Origin: Candidatus Gottesmanbacteria bacterium RIFCSPLOWO2_01_FULL_43_11b
Lineage (GTDB): Bacteria > Patescibacteriota > Microgenomatia > UBA10105 > UBA927
Length of the DNA: 64,000 nt
Assembly: GCA_001780985.1 (NCBI GenBank)
Contig: MFJV01000001.1
Span: 364,049 to 428,048 of the forward strand
Direction: 5' to 3'
Shown piece by piece: positions 32,799 through 42,389 of this stretch. The position numbers and the translations under genes are program-made. The notes under the pieces are model-generated. The model saw only the letters and a list, made by a program, of their open reading frames with translations. It was not told where the DNA came from and searched no databases. Numbering within the stretch: the stretch's first letter is position 1; each line of letters opens with the position of its first letter.

Positions 32799-34004
32799 TT
32801 ATTTTTTGTGGCCGTTTTTCAAAGCTTCGATACCGGGGAGGGTGCCTTTTTCCAGATACTCAAGCATGGCTCCTCCGCCGGTTGAAATATGGCTGATTTT
32901 CCCGACTAGTTCTTTCTCTTTAATCATAGAAATCGTATCACCGCCCCCAACGACTGATTCCGCGTGACCATTGGCTATTGCCCGAAGCGTTGCTTTGGTC
33001 CCTTCGATAAATCGCTCATCCTCGTACATACCCATCGGGCCATTCCAAATAATTGTTTTTGATCCTGTTATTAAACCCTGGAGCTCTTTTATCGATGCTG
33101 GTCCAATATCAAAAATCCCCAGACTTCCGGGGACTTGATTATACGGCAACACAAATGGTTTGGTTTGTTGATTGCTATTGCTTACAAGCACGTCGCTCGG
33201 AAGGATTAGCTGTGCATGAACCCGTGTCGCTTTCCATAAAACCGCTCTGGCCATTTCAATCATCTCGTGGTCTACCCTGCTTACTCCCACACTAATTCCC
33301 CATGTGGCAAAAAACGTATTCGCAATTGCACCCCCTAAATAAATTGTATCTGCAATTTCTAAAAGTCTGTCGATCACACTAATTTTTTCCGGTGTTTTTC
33401 CTCCACCGATAATAACGAGTAAAGGACGACGGGGTTTAGTGATGGCTTTTCCTATCATGTGGACTTCTTTTTCCATGAGAAGTCCGGCGTATGAAGGAAG
33501 GTAATTGGTCACCCCAACGGTTGATGCGTGAGCTCGGTGAGCTGTACCAAACGCATCATTGACATAAACTTCTGCTAAATCGGCAAGGGATTTTGCAAAT
33601 TTTGGATCATTATGTTCTTCGCCAATATGGTAGCGGACGTTTTCGCATAAAACGAGTGAGTTCTTTGGGAGTTTTTTCACGTAATCTGCAGCTTTTTTCT
33701 GCCAAAAATCAGGAAGGAGGTGTGCCTTGCGGGCTAAATAATGCTCCAATCGTTTCGCAACCGGAGCCATGCTATATTTGGGATCAACTTTGCCGTCAGG
33801 ACGGCCGAGATGCGAAACTAAAATAACTGTGGCTTTCCTTTTGAGAAGGAGGGCAATGGTCGGGAGTGTTTCGATAATTCTTGTGTCACTCACAACCTTA
33901 CCATCATTCATGGGGACGTTGAAGTCTACTCGAACGAGTACGCGTTTACCGGCAACCTTGGCATCTTTGACCGATGGAACTGTCATAATTTGGGCGTATT
34001 CCAA
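32799..34004 (-). CDS. pgk: Phosphoglycerate kinase
   Basis: N-terminal RVDFNVP, conserved hinge and C-terminal ATP-binding regions (GGGA...GG motif, TGGGAMLEYLEGK-like). Confidence 0.95.
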   Translation of the reverse strand: MEYAQIMTVPSVKDAKVAGKRVLVRVDFNVPMNDGKVVSDTRIIETLPTIALLLKRKATVILVSHLGRPDGKVDPKYSMAPVAKRLEHYLARKAHLLPDFWQKKAADYVKKLPKNSLVLCENVRYHIGEEHNDPKFAKSLADLAEVYVNDAFGTAHRAHASTVGVTNYLPSYAGLLMEKEVHMIGKAITKPRRPLLVIIGGGKTPEKISVIDRLLEIADTIYLGGAIANTFFATWGISVGVSRVDHEMIEMARAVLWKATRVHAQLILPSDVLVSNSNQQTKPFVLPYNQVPGSLGIFDIGPASIKELQGLITGSKTIIWNGPMGMYEDERFIEGTKATLRAIANGHAESVVGGGDTISMIKEKELVGKISHISTGGGAMLEYLEKGTLPGIEALKNGHKK

Positions 34005-34068
34005 AAAAATTTGTACATATTTTTATTTGTTGATACGCCACAAAGGGCTGTAATCCTAAATAACTGCG

Positions 34069-35106
34069 TTATTTATGAACAGTCCCTTTGAACTTTTTAC
34101 TAACCAAGGCAGCCAAGTCGATGAAGCGATTGCAATATCCCCACTCATTGTCGTACCAGGCAACAACGTGAACAAGATTTCCCTCAATAACCTCAGTTAA
34201 GTATGGGTCAAAGACCGAAGAATACGTTGAACCGATAAAGTCAGATGATACAAGCTCTTCTTCAGCGTACCCGACGACACCCTTCAATGATCCGTTTGCG
34301 GCTTTTAAAAACGCCTGATTTATGTTTTCAGGCGTTACTTTTTTCTTTATTTCAACAACGAGATCAATCAAAGACACGGTTGGTGTCGGAACGCGGACTG
34401 CCCGACACGGAAGCTTCCCTTTAAGTTTTGGAAACATCTTCGCAACGTCTTTTGCTGATCCTGACGTTGTTGGAATGAGGTTGACCATCGCACTCCGGCG
34501 AAGCCTTGCTCCTTTTTTGTGAGAGTTATCGAGGAGGTTTTGAGAGTCAGTGACCGCATGAACCGTGGTCATATTTCCCCGCTTGACGCCGAAATTGTCA
34601 TCGAGCACTTTGAGAATTGTTGTAACGCAGTTTGTGGTACAGGATGAATTTGAAATAATTGTTTGACCGGCATATGTTTTTTCATTCACCCCAATAACAA
34701 ACGTCGGTGTTTCGTCTTTAACCGGTGCTGAAATAACAACTGCCTTCACTCCTCCGTGGAGATGTGGTTTGGCATCATCTTTTGACTTAAATTTGCCGGT
34801 GCATTCCAAAACAAGATCAACTTTCGCATCACCCCACGGGACGGCAGCGGGGTCTTTTTCCGCAAAGCAAAAAACTTTTTGTCGATCAACAATCACTGCT
34901 CCTTCGATTGCTTTCACCGGAAGGTTTAATGTGCCGTAGACGGAGTCGTGTTTCAAAAGATACGCATGAGAAGAAGAATTTGCAGAGGAGTTAATGGCGG
35001 CAAGGGCAAACTCCGGTCGGCCCAAAATAATTCGGGCCGCATTTCTCCCTATTCGTCCAAATCCATTGATGCCAATGCGTGTTTGCATTGTATGTTTGGC
35101 AGCCAT
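34069..35106 (-). CDS. gap: Glyceraldehyde-3-phosphate dehydrogenase
   Basis: NGFGRIGR Rossmann motif; active-site SNSSCTTNC. Confidence 0.95.
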   Translation of the reverse strand: MAAKHTMQTRIGINGFGRIGRNAARIILGRPEFALAAINSSANSSSHAYLLKHDSVYGTLNLPVKAIEGAVIVDRQKVFCFAEKDPAAVPWGDAKVDLVLECTGKFKSKDDAKPHLHGGVKAVVISAPVKDETPTFVIGVNEKTYAGQTIISNSSCTTNCVTTILKVLDDNFGVKRGNMTTVHAVTDSQNLLDNSHKKGARLRRSAMVNLIPTTSGSAKDVAKMFPKLKGKLPCRAVRVPTPTVSLIDLVVEIKKKVTPENINQAFLKAANGSLKGVVGYAEEELVSSDFIGSTYSSVFDPYLTEVIEGNLVHVVAWYDNEWGYCNRFIDLAALVSKKFKGTVHK

Positions 35107-35117
35107 TTAATTCCCTA

Positions 35118-35147
35118 ATACTAATTAACTTCTCGCCCCCTTGTCAA
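35118..35147 (-). promoter_or_regulatory. Sigma70-like promoter for the gap-pgk operon (TTGACA-N18-TAGTAT) with AGGGAA ribosome-binding site
   Basis: Minus strand reads TTGACAagggggcgagaagttaatTAGTATtagggaattaaATG. Confidence 0.4.
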
Positions 35148-35235
35148 TCCATACGTTTACAGAAAATTGATCCTGAGCCTGTCGAAGGGTCAACTATGTA
35201 AGCTTTCTCACCAAACCCTCAACCTTGGCAAGTCA

Positions 35236-35859
35236 CTAGAAAGGCCGCCCACTAATACCAGCGCCTTCAGCTCTATCGTCTGCGGGTTCAAAAGGCCCAG
35301 GTTTATTATCAACGTGGTGCGGATGAAGGTATGCCTCCGCTATGGCATTTGTGATAAGATTTTGTTTCAACTGCCATTCATTCCCAAAACCAAAGAGACT
35401 TTTGTCTCCGACGCTTACGTCTATATATTCTCCTCCAGATGCCTCCTCATCTACATATACACTTGCTCGAATACAATCGTAATCTAATTGTCCGCCAAAA
35501 AATATTCCTCTTGTAGGAACAATTCTGTTATCCTTTATATCAAATATGCCCCAAGCAAGCGTAATATATGTATGCATACTGTGATCAGTGTGAATATCGG
35601 TCTCTATTACAACTGCATGTTTCTGGCCACCTAAAAGTGAAGTCTCTATTTCCTTGAACTGTTTAGGTATGCCGCTCTGAGATAATACCTGATTGGCTTT
35701 ATCTTTTAACCGACTTTCTTTTTTTTGTCTTTCTCTTTCATCATTCTCGTATTGAATTGTTCTTTTTCTTTCTTCCACAGTCACCATTTCAATACTGGCA
35801 GCTTCTTGCTTGGCTGCTTCGGCTCGCTTTTTTCCTATAAGCTCAACTATTGATGGCAT
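35236..35859 (-). CDS. Hypothetical protein (207 aa) with charged coiled-coil N-terminus
   Basis: ORF only; no recognised motif. Confidence 0.5.
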   Translation of the reverse strand: MPSIVELIGKKRAEAAKQEAASIEMVTVEERKRTIQYENDERERQKKESRLKDKANQVLSQSGIPKQFKEIETSLLGGQKHAVVIETDIHTDHSMHTYITLAWGIFDIKDNRIVPTRGIFFGGQLDYDCIRASVYVDEEASGGEYIDVSVGDKSLFGFGNEWQLKQNLITNAIAEAYLHPHHVDNKPGPFEPADDRAEGAGISGRPF

Positions 35860-35886
35860 ATTCGGGGGTTATTATACCAGTCCGGA

Positions 35887-36291
35887 TCAAATTTTCGAAA
35901 TCTTTTGCAAAAATTCGGACGGGCTAACTATTATTATTCCATGAAATTTTCTTACCTTAAGAATATGTTTGTCTCCAGACACAATATAGTCCGCTTTCCC
36001 CTCGACCGCGCATTCGAGAATCATATTATCTGAAGGATTCTCAATGATCCGTTTAAACCTTTTTTGGGGCTCTACTACCTCACAAAACGATATGAAAAAT
36101 TTCTCAAGAGATTCAATCCGAGAAACGTCGAAATGAAATTTAACTCGTAAAATGCCGCGAAGTTCTGCGATGATCTGTTTGGAAATCAGCAATTCAAAAA
36201 TTTCCTCATCAGCTGCAAGAAGGAGTTCCCGCGGAATACCCCCAAAATTGAGTGCGGAAATAAAGACATTCGTGTCAAATACTGCACGCAT
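35887..36291 (-). CDS. PIN-domain toxin (VapC family)
   Basis: N-terminal AVFDTNVFISAL and conserved acidic residues of the PIN fold; follows an RHH antitoxin gene. Confidence 0.85.
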   Translation of the reverse strand: MRAVFDTNVFISALNFGGIPRELLLAADEEIFELLISKQIIAELRGILRVKFHFDVSRIESLEKFFISFCEVVEPQKRFKRIIENPSDNMILECAVEGKADYIVSGDKHILKVRKFHGIIIVSPSEFLQKISKI

Positions 36292-36302
36292 TTATGTGAC
36301 TA

Positions 36303-36542
36303 TTACTTGCCGTGTCGATACTCAGCAACCAACCGGTCGATATCTTCTTCTTTCAAATTAAGTTTTTTGGCTTTCCGCTCTCCATAGACAAAAAGTTCAT
36401 CCCATGCGGCGCGTCGTAATAAATAAACTCTGATCGCCTCACGAAAAAGTTCACTTCGTGTTCTTGCCTCATTTTGAGCAACGCGGTCAGCCAGTTTTAA
36501 CAGTTTTGTAGGCAAAGAAAAATTAACCACTTGGGCATTCAT
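36303..36542 (-). CDS. Ribbon-helix-helix (CopG/Arc-type) antitoxin, VapB-like
   Basis: 79 aa with N-terminal beta-strand/helix motif (VNFSLPTKLLKLADRVA...RSELFREAI); 12 bp upstream of the PIN gene. Confidence 0.75.
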   Translation of the reverse strand: MNAQVVNFSLPTKLLKLADRVAQNEARTRSELFREAIRVYLLRRAAWDELFVYGERKAKKLNLKEEDIDRLVAEYRHGK

Positions 36543-36602
36543 ACTTAACCTCCTTTACGTAAAGTTTATATAAAGTTTATATAAAAGTCAAGGGGAGGAA
36601 AT

Positions 36603-37886
36603 TTACTTCATCGCCTTGAGGATGCGGTTGGTGGCGACAACGAAGGCGGAGGTGCGAAGGTCGGTTTTAAGTTTTTTTGAAGTTTCCCAGACAGCATTCG
36701 TTTCCTTTTGCATTTTTTCTTTGAGCTTCTTATTCACCTGGTCCTTGGTCCAATGCTGCCCTTTTAAATTCTGCTCCCACTCAAAACAAGAAACGGTGAC
36801 TCCCCCGCTATTTGCCAGAATATCAGGAATCACCGATATTCCCCTCTTATATAATATGGTATCTGCCTCGGGGGTTGTAGGGCCGTTTGCCATTTCTAAA
36901 ATCACTTTTGCTTTGATGCGGGTAGCATTTTCTTTCGTTATAACGCTCTCGAGTGCTGCCGGAACCAGAACATCAACATCAAGTTCAAGAAGCGCTTCAT
37001 TGGAAATTTGTTTACCTTTCGTCAGATCGCAGACTGATCCTGAACAGTAGCAACCGGCTAAATATCCGTTCTTTCTTTTACACTCAAGGGTAAGTTTTGG
37101 GTTAATTCCGCCGGGTACGAAAATTGCACCTTTTGAATCGGAAACAGCAATCACTTTAAAACCAACTTCGTCAAGAAATTTTGCAACATTAAATCCGACA
37201 TTCCCAAATCCCTGAACCGCTGCAGTAAGTTTGCCTTTCTTGCCGAGTTTCGTTAATACCGTCTGGAGGACAAAAAGACCACCTAAACCGGTGGCTTCTT
37301 CCCTACCTTCACTTCCCCCGTCCTTAATGAGTTTTCCGGTAAACGTTGAACTGAGTTTTTCTTTGTCCCGCTTGTTTTTTACTCCGCGAATTTTAATAAG
37401 TTCATCAACCATCCAACCCATTATTTGTCCCGTGGTATTTACATCCGGTGCCGGGACATCCTTATCCGGACCGATACAATCAGCGATTGCTCTTGCATAT
37501 CCTCGTGAAAGTCTCTCTAGTTCTCCTGCCGAAAGCTCCTTCGGATTAACTATGACCCCGCCTTTACCACCCCCAAGAGGGAGATCTGCAACTGCACATT
37601 TCATCGCCATCCAAAATGCCAAAGCTTTCACTTCATCCATTGATACTTGTGGGTGGAAGCGAATGCCGCCTTTATACGGGCCGCGGGCATCATTATGTTG
37701 AACGCGGTACCCTTGAAATATTCGCACTATTCCGTCGTCCATTTTAACGGGGATAGTAACATTAATAATCCGTTGAGGTTCTTTTAGTATCTCAAGCTTC
37801 TGCTTGAGTTCTTTAGTTTGAGGAAGGTAGGCAGCAGCTTTCTTTAGCTGGGCCATTGCATTATCGAATGGATTATTTCCGCTCAT
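36603..37886 (-). CDS. Glutamate dehydrogenase (Glu/Leu/Phe/Val dehydrogenase family)
   Basis: Signature KGGIRFHP plus a GFGNVG dinucleotide-binding motif. Confidence 0.95.
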   Translation of the reverse strand: MSGNNPFDNAMAQLKKAAAYLPQTKELKQKLEILKEPQRIINVTIPVKMDDGIVRIFQGYRVQHNDARGPYKGGIRFHPQVSMDEVKALAFWMAMKCAVADLPLGGGKGGVIVNPKELSAGELERLSRGYARAIADCIGPDKDVPAPDVNTTGQIMGWMVDELIKIRGVKNKRDKEKLSSTFTGKLIKDGGSEGREEATGLGGLFVLQTVLTKLGKKGKLTAAVQGFGNVGFNVAKFLDEVGFKVIAVSDSKGAIFVPGGINPKLTLECKRKNGYLAGCYCSGSVCDLTKGKQISNEALLELDVDVLVPAALESVITKENATRIKAKVILEMANGPTTPEADTILYKRGISVIPDILANSGGVTVSCFEWEQNLKGQHWTKDQVNKKLKEKMQKETNAVWETSKKLKTDLRTSAFVVATNRILKAMK

Positions 37887-37898
37887 ATTCTTCTCTTT

Positions 37899-38432
37899 TT
37901 AGTCTCTCTCCGGTTTCCAAAAATCAGAGCCCAGCGCGTCCCAAGCGATACGGTGTTCGTCGGGTTTTTCTTTGTTGAAGTGTTCTGTCACAAAATACAA
38001 AATAATGCCAAGTTTTTTAGAAAAATTAACTGCGCCATGGGCAACACCACGGGGAATATAGAGCATCTTATTGCTCCCCCCGCCAAGGGTAACTCGATTC
38101 GTCATTCCTTTTGTTTTAGAATCTTTCCGTATATCCCACAATCCAGCAAGAAGCTGAGAATGTTGCGGTACATACCAGATTTCGTCCTGATCAAGGTGCA
38201 TGTGCCAGGCTTTAATAGATCCCGGAAATTGTGTGCTGTAGTTTAGCTGTGCAATATGAAAACCGGAAAACGTCTCACTTTCCCCTTTGCCATCAAACCG
38301 CATGAGCTCTGAAAAATCCCCCTCTTCGCCGACAGCGCGTTTTAGTTGAATTACTTTGACGCCGTTAATGAGTTCTTTAGGAGAATAATCTTGTGTGTAG
38401 ATTTTGGGGTCTGCCATATATCGATTATTCAA
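37899..38432 (-). CDS. dTDP-4-dehydrorhamnose 3,5-epimerase-like cupin (RmlC family)
   Basis: Cupin with HMH...YIPRGVAHG pattern resembling RmlC. Confidence 0.65.
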   Translation of the reverse strand: MNNRYMADPKIYTQDYSPKELINGVKVIQLKRAVGEEGDFSELMRFDGKGESETFSGFHIAQLNYSTQFPGSIKAWHMHLDQDEIWYVPQHSQLLAGLWDIRKDSKTKGMTNRVTLGGGSNKMLYIPRGVAHGAVNFSKKLGIILYFVTEHFNKEKPDEHRIAWDALGSDFWKPERD

Positions 38433-38487
38433 TAAAATGCTTGGTAAGTCAAGCTAAATACAAATGTGTTCAAAAATTATAATTTAG

Positions 38488-39183
38488 CTAGTAAAAGAGC
38501 TCTGTTTTGATCTGTTCTTTTTGAACATTCTTCTCAAGCAATCGATTGGTGACATCATTAACCATCTCCCTACTTCCGCACAAGTAAAAATCAAAATTTG
38601 ATAGTTGTTCTTTTTGATCAAAGAGGTGATCGGTAACCCTTCCGTCCACCCCTTTCCAAGCAATAGTCGGTTTTGAAAGGGTCAGCGTGTAGTGAAAATG
38701 AGGATTTGAGGCAGTAAGGCCGCGAAATTCATCATCCCAAAATACATCGTCTTCAAATCTCAAACCCCAATACAGCCAAAATTGCTCATATTTACTTGAT
38801 CGAATCTCATCCAAGACTTGGGATCGAACCGGCCCAATCCCCGTGCCTGTTGCGATGAATATTTTCTTTCGAGGACTCTCGTGATCAACAATGAACTTTC
38901 CCAATGGCCCAATAAATTCAATCGTGTCGCCGGGTTTTGCACCAACAAGCCACGTTGATATAGGTCCCATGGGGGTAACATCGGCACAAATTTCAAATTC
39001 TTTCCCATTGGGAGGTGTGGCAAAAGAAAGATTGCGGCGCACAGTTGGCTCGAGAATAAACGATCCGTACTGACCGGCTGAATATGAAAAGTCATCATCC
39101 ACTCGGAAGCGGCATACATATACCTTACTACTTAATTCTTTGTTGAAAACAACGGTTGCTTTGTATCGTTTTGGGGGTATCAT
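38488..39183 (-). CDS. FAD/NAD(P)-binding oxidoreductase, ferredoxin-NADP reductase-like
   Basis: FAD-binding SAGQYGSF...R..S motif and NAD-binding IFIATGTGIGP; translationally coupled (overlap) with trxB. Confidence 0.7.
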   Translation of the reverse strand: MIPPKRYKATVVFNKELSSKVYVCRFRVDDDFSYSAGQYGSFILEPTVRRNLSFATPPNGKEFEICADVTPMGPISTWLVGAKPGDTIEFIGPLGKFIVDHESPRKKIFIATGTGIGPVRSQVLDEIRSSKYEQFWLYWGLRFEDDVFWDDEFRGLTASNPHFHYTLTLSKPTIAWKGVDGRVTDHLFDQKEQLSNFDFYLCGSREMVNDVTNRLLEKNVQKEQIKTELFY

Positions 39184-40118
39184 GACGGATCATTTTCGCT
39201 TAGCCACTTCTGTACATCAAGGGCGGCCATACAGCCGAACGCTGCAGCGGTTACTGCCTGTTTGTAGCGGTTATCGTGAATATCTCCGGCAGTAAAAATT
39301 CCCGGTATGTTGGTTTTTGTGAAGTACTTCATGACACCGGTCTCCTCTTTTTCTTCATATCTCTTAACATACCCGTGGCTATCAAGTTCAAGCCCGCTAA
39401 ATTTCTGCGTATTGGGGTCTAGCCCAATGGCAACAAAAACACCGTCTCTAGGCAATACCCAACGTTTACCCTCACTCTCAAGAACCAGTCCAGTTAACTT
39501 CTCCTCCCCTTGCATCTCAACAACCCGAGTATTGAAAAGGAATCGGATATTCTTCATTGCTTTCACTTTATCAACCATCGCTTTTTGAGCACGAAACCGA
39601 TCTCGACGATGAATAAGAACCACGTCAGGGCTGAATTTTGCAATCACCTGAGCTTCTTCCATCGCGCTATCTCCCCCACCGACAACGGCAACTGATTTTC
39701 CTTTAAAGAAAAATGCGTCGCAAGGAGCACAGCTTGATACTCCGTGACCGCGAAGTTTCTCTTCATTGGGAACACCAAGCCAACGAGTATCAGCCCCCGT
39801 TGCCGCAATAATAGTTTTTGTTTCGAGGGATTGATCTTCAGCGGTAACGGTAAAGGGGCGTTTGTTAACGTCCAACTTTGTAAAATCTTTATCAATAATC
39901 TCTACGCCAAGTCCTAAAACCTGATCGCGCATTTTTTGCATTAGTTCTGGTCCCATGATTTTGGCAAATCCGGGGTAATTTTCCACATCGGTTGTGAGCA
40001 TTAATTGCCCACCCCATTTTCTTCCGGCAATAACTGCGGTTTTATACCCAAATCGTTGGGCATATATTGCGGCGGTAAATCCCGCAGGTCCCGAACCGAG
40101 AATTATGACGTCGTACAT
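39180..40118 (-). CDS. trxB: Thioredoxin-disulfide reductase
   Basis: FAD motif VIILGSGPAG, redox CAPCD (CxxC), NADPH motif VVGGGDSA. Confidence 0.9.
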   Translation of the reverse strand: MYDVIILGSGPAGFTAAIYAQRFGYKTAVIAGRKWGGQLMLTTDVENYPGFAKIMGPELMQKMRDQVLGLGVEIIDKDFTKLDVNKRPFTVTAEDQSLETKTIIAATGADTRWLGVPNEEKLRGHGVSSCAPCDAFFFKGKSVAVVGGGDSAMEEAQVIAKFSPDVVLIHRRDRFRAQKAMVDKVKAMKNIRFLFNTRVVEMQGEEKLTGLVLESEGKRWVLPRDGVFVAIGLDPNTQKFSGLELDSHGYVKRYEEKEETGVMKYFTKTNIPGIFTAGDIHDNRYKQAVTAAAFGCMAALDVQKWLSENDPS

Positions 40119-40123
40119 GGAGA

Positions 40124-40447
40124 TTAATTTATGAGTTTGTTGAGCTCGCTTTTGATCGTTTCTTTGCTTTGCACACCAATAAATTGTTTGACAACCGTGC
40201 CGTTTTTGAAAATCATCAAGGTTGGAATCGACATGACGCCGAATTTTTGTGCAGTCATAGGATTTTCATCAACATTAAGTTTGCCAATTTTCACTTTTCC
40301 TTCCATCTCTTTTGCAATTTCAGAGACTATGGGATCCTGCATGCGGCACGGACCGCACCAAACCGCCCAGAAATCGACAAGCGTTGGGAGACCGGATTTC
40401 ATTACTTCGCTATCAAAATTTGCATCGGTTACCGTAATCTCTGCCAT
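40124..40447 (-). CDS. trxA: Thioredoxin
   Basis: WCGPC active site in a 107-aa thioredoxin fold. Confidence 0.95.
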   Translation of the reverse strand: MAEITVTDANFDSEVMKSGLPTLVDFWAVWCGPCRMQDPIVSEIAKEMEGKVKIGKLNVDENPMTAQKFGVMSIPTLMIFKNGTVVKQFIGVQSKETIKSELNKLIN

Positions 40448-40453
40448 AGGGTT

Positions 40454-40657
40454 TTACTCTATCACAGAATATCCCGCGCGGGCAATTGCATTTTTTATAT
40501 CATTATCATGAATTGATTTCTCATCATACTCAAGTGTAACAACCTGCTTAACCCAGTTGCAGGCGGCTTTTGCGCCAATATCCTCGAGCTCCCCTTCTAT
40601 GAGCATAGCGCAACTCGTGCAATGGAGGCCATTGAGTTTTAATGTCTTTTTTGTCAT
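40454..40657 (-). CDS. copZ: Heavy-metal-associated copper chaperone (CopZ-like)
   Basis: 67 aa with GLHCTSCA metal-binding motif. Confidence 0.85.
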   Translation of the reverse strand: MTKKTLKLNGLHCTSCAMLIEGELEDIGAKAACNWVKQVVTLEYDEKSIHDNDIKNAIARAGYSVIE

Positions 40658-41676
40658 GATCCTCCCCTATCAATTATAAACTTCCCGCCATACATACCCA
40701 TACTACATGAAAACGCAAGTTCAGAAGCATCTGTGGGTGAAATGAAGGTGATCGTTCTTGACTGCCCAAGCGGAACAATTTGTTGAATACCGAGCTTTGG
40801 AATAGTAAAGGCCTGCGTACAACCTTTGCCATCTTCATTTATGAGCTTAAGTGTTATTGGAACACCAGCGAGGATTACCGGGTTGTCGACAACGTATCCC
40901 TTCGTCTGAATGCGGATTGTAGTCTGTGTCGATGGACGAATTCCAGTAAAAGTCGAAGAATCGCAGAATGTGATGGTGCAATAGACATTTGAAAAAACAG
41001 ATCGCAGTGTTACCGGACTCCCCCAAAGAACAGCCGCACCGTTAATGTTCCAAACCGCCAGTGCAACAATTGTATATGCCGCAAAAGTAGCAAATCGTTG
41101 CCTAAGCGTATCTTTGAGCCATTCTATGGAATACCCGAGAAAGAAAAATATTGGAAACGTTCCGACGACAAACATACCGAGAGTCAGCATGCCACTCGTT
41201 GGGTTACTACTCGATACAGCCAGAGCCATCATTGCTTGGGTCGTGCCACATGGGATAAAAACAGTACTTGCCCCAAGGAGAGCCGGAGCAAATACATGAG
41301 CGCTCTTTGTTTGTGCCCGCACAACTTTCGTTAAAATTCGTGGCGGCTGAATAATAAAATAACGAAATATGGGATGAACGTTAAGAAATGAAAGCGCCGT
41401 TCCGACCATGAAAATAGCAACGAAGACGAGAAGTGTCGCTTGGAGGCTTAGAGTGAACTGAAAAAATGAACCCAGCCATCCTAAAAAGAATCCGAGAATT
41501 GAATATGCGATAAGTTTTGCAACGAGGAATGCGAGAATAGGAATAACGTTTGCGCGCTTCGGATCGTCGTTTTTCTGTTGCGCAATCGTTGTAGCAAGTA
41601 ATCCTCCCTGAACGGCGGCACACGTAAGCCCGCCCGCAATAAGCCCGGTCGTAAAGATAATCCAAAGGTTGGGCAT
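40654..41676 (-). CDS. Polytopic membrane protein (putative metal permease) with C-terminal cupredoxin-like domain
   Basis: Start chosen at MPNLWII because the longer track ORF extends across the csoR promoter. Multiple TM helices; conserved FIPCGTTQAMMALA; C-terminal beta-domain resembling the adjacent 120-aa cupredoxin-like protein. Confidence 0.55.
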   Translation of the reverse strand: MPNLWIIFTTGLIAGGLTCAAVQGGLLATTIAQQKNDDPKRANVIPILAFLVAKLIAYSILGFFLGWLGSFFQFTLSLQATLLVFVAIFMVGTALSFLNVHPIFRYFIIQPPRILTKVVRAQTKSAHVFAPALLGASTVFIPCGTTQAMMALAVSSSNPTSGMLTLGMFVVGTFPIFFFLGYSIEWLKDTLRQRFATFAAYTIVALAVWNINGAAVLWGSPVTLRSVFSNVYCTITFCDSSTFTGIRPSTQTTIRIQTKGYVVDNPVILAGVPITLKLINEDGKGCTQAFTIPKLGIQQIVPLGQSRTITFISPTDASELAFSCSMGMYGGKFIIDRGGS

Positions 41677-41702
41677 GGAACGTATTGTATTACATCTCGC
41701 TC

Positions 41703-41732
41703 TCTTGACAATCCCCCCAGGGGGGATTAAAA
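41703..41732 (+). promoter_or_regulatory. csoR promoter (TTGACA-N18-TAAAAT) with an embedded CsoR-type operator palindrome
   Basis: cTTGACAAtccccccaggggggatTAAAATatgc; the perfect inverted repeat AATCCCCCCAGGGGGGATT (41709-41727) fills the spacer. Confidence 0.5.
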
Positions 41733-41746
41733 TATGCTTTATTACT

Positions 41747-42034
41747 ATGCCAAAGGGAGTCCCGAGACACCAATCAGTGCAACAGACAGTACTCCACCGC
41801 CTCAAAATTACCCGAGGCCACCTCGATCGTGTCATTAATATGGTTGAAAAAGGGCATTACTGCATCGACGTAATCCATCAATCGCTCGCCGTCCAGGCAG
41901 CGCTCAAAGCTACCGACGAGGTCATTCTCAAAAACCATATGGAAACGTGTGTGGCTGCAGAAATTAAAAAAGGAAATGCAACTGAAGTCATTGACGAAGT
42001 AATGAAAGTGATGGGGAAAAGCAGCCATGGATAA
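41747..42034 (+). CDS. csoR: CsoR/RcnR-family metal-sensing transcriptional repressor
   Basis: About 95 aa; LHRLKITRGHLDRVINMVEKGHYCIDVIHQSLAVQAAL matches the CsoR fold with Cys/His ligands. Start taken at MPKGVPRHQ rather than the longer track ORF. Confidence 0.8.
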   Translation: MPKGVPRHQSVQQTVLHRLKITRGHLDRVINMVEKGHYCIDVIHQSLAVQAALKATDEVILKNHMETCVAAEIKKGNATEVIDEVMKVMGKSSHG

Positions 42035-42389
42035 AATAATAGTCACAATAGTCGGAATAGGAGTTATTTCGGCCATTTATTGGTTCTTTTTTGGTAAAAA
42101 GTCCGGCGAAGCCGGATCTGGCTCTGCCAGAGAGGATTGGGATATTACTGTCGACGGCGGCTACAAACCGGCGGTCATGAAAATTTTTAAGGATAAACCG
42201 GCGACTCTTACATTTACACGAAAAGACCCAAATCCGTGCCTTGAAGAAATAGTACTTCCTGATTATAAAATCAAAAAATTTTTGCCGATGAATGAACCGG
42301 TCACGATCACCCTTCCCCCGCCCCATCCGGGTAAATCCGGCATCCACTGCGGCATGAATATGTTCCATGGTCGAATTGAAGTCGTATGA
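42027..42389 (+). CDS. Membrane-anchored cupredoxin-like domain protein
   Basis: N-terminal TM helix then beta-rich domain ending ...[16 protein letters not shown] (Cys/His/Met ligand set); overlaps the copA start. Confidence 0.55.
   Translation: MDKIIVTIVGIGVISAIYWFFFGKKSGEAGSGSAREDWDITVDGGYKPAVMKIFKDKPATLTFTRKDPNPCLEEIVLPDYKIKKFLPMNEPVTITLPPPHPGKSGIHCGMNMFHGRIEVV

Noticed and set aside
41677-41835. Long N-terminal extension (53 aa) of the permease ORF 40654..41835, and the long form of csoR starting at 41669
   Set aside because: The extensions would overlap each other and the promoter/operator. The extension sequences are non-hydrophobic and Cys/Arg-rich, so internal Met starts (41676 and 41747) were preferred.
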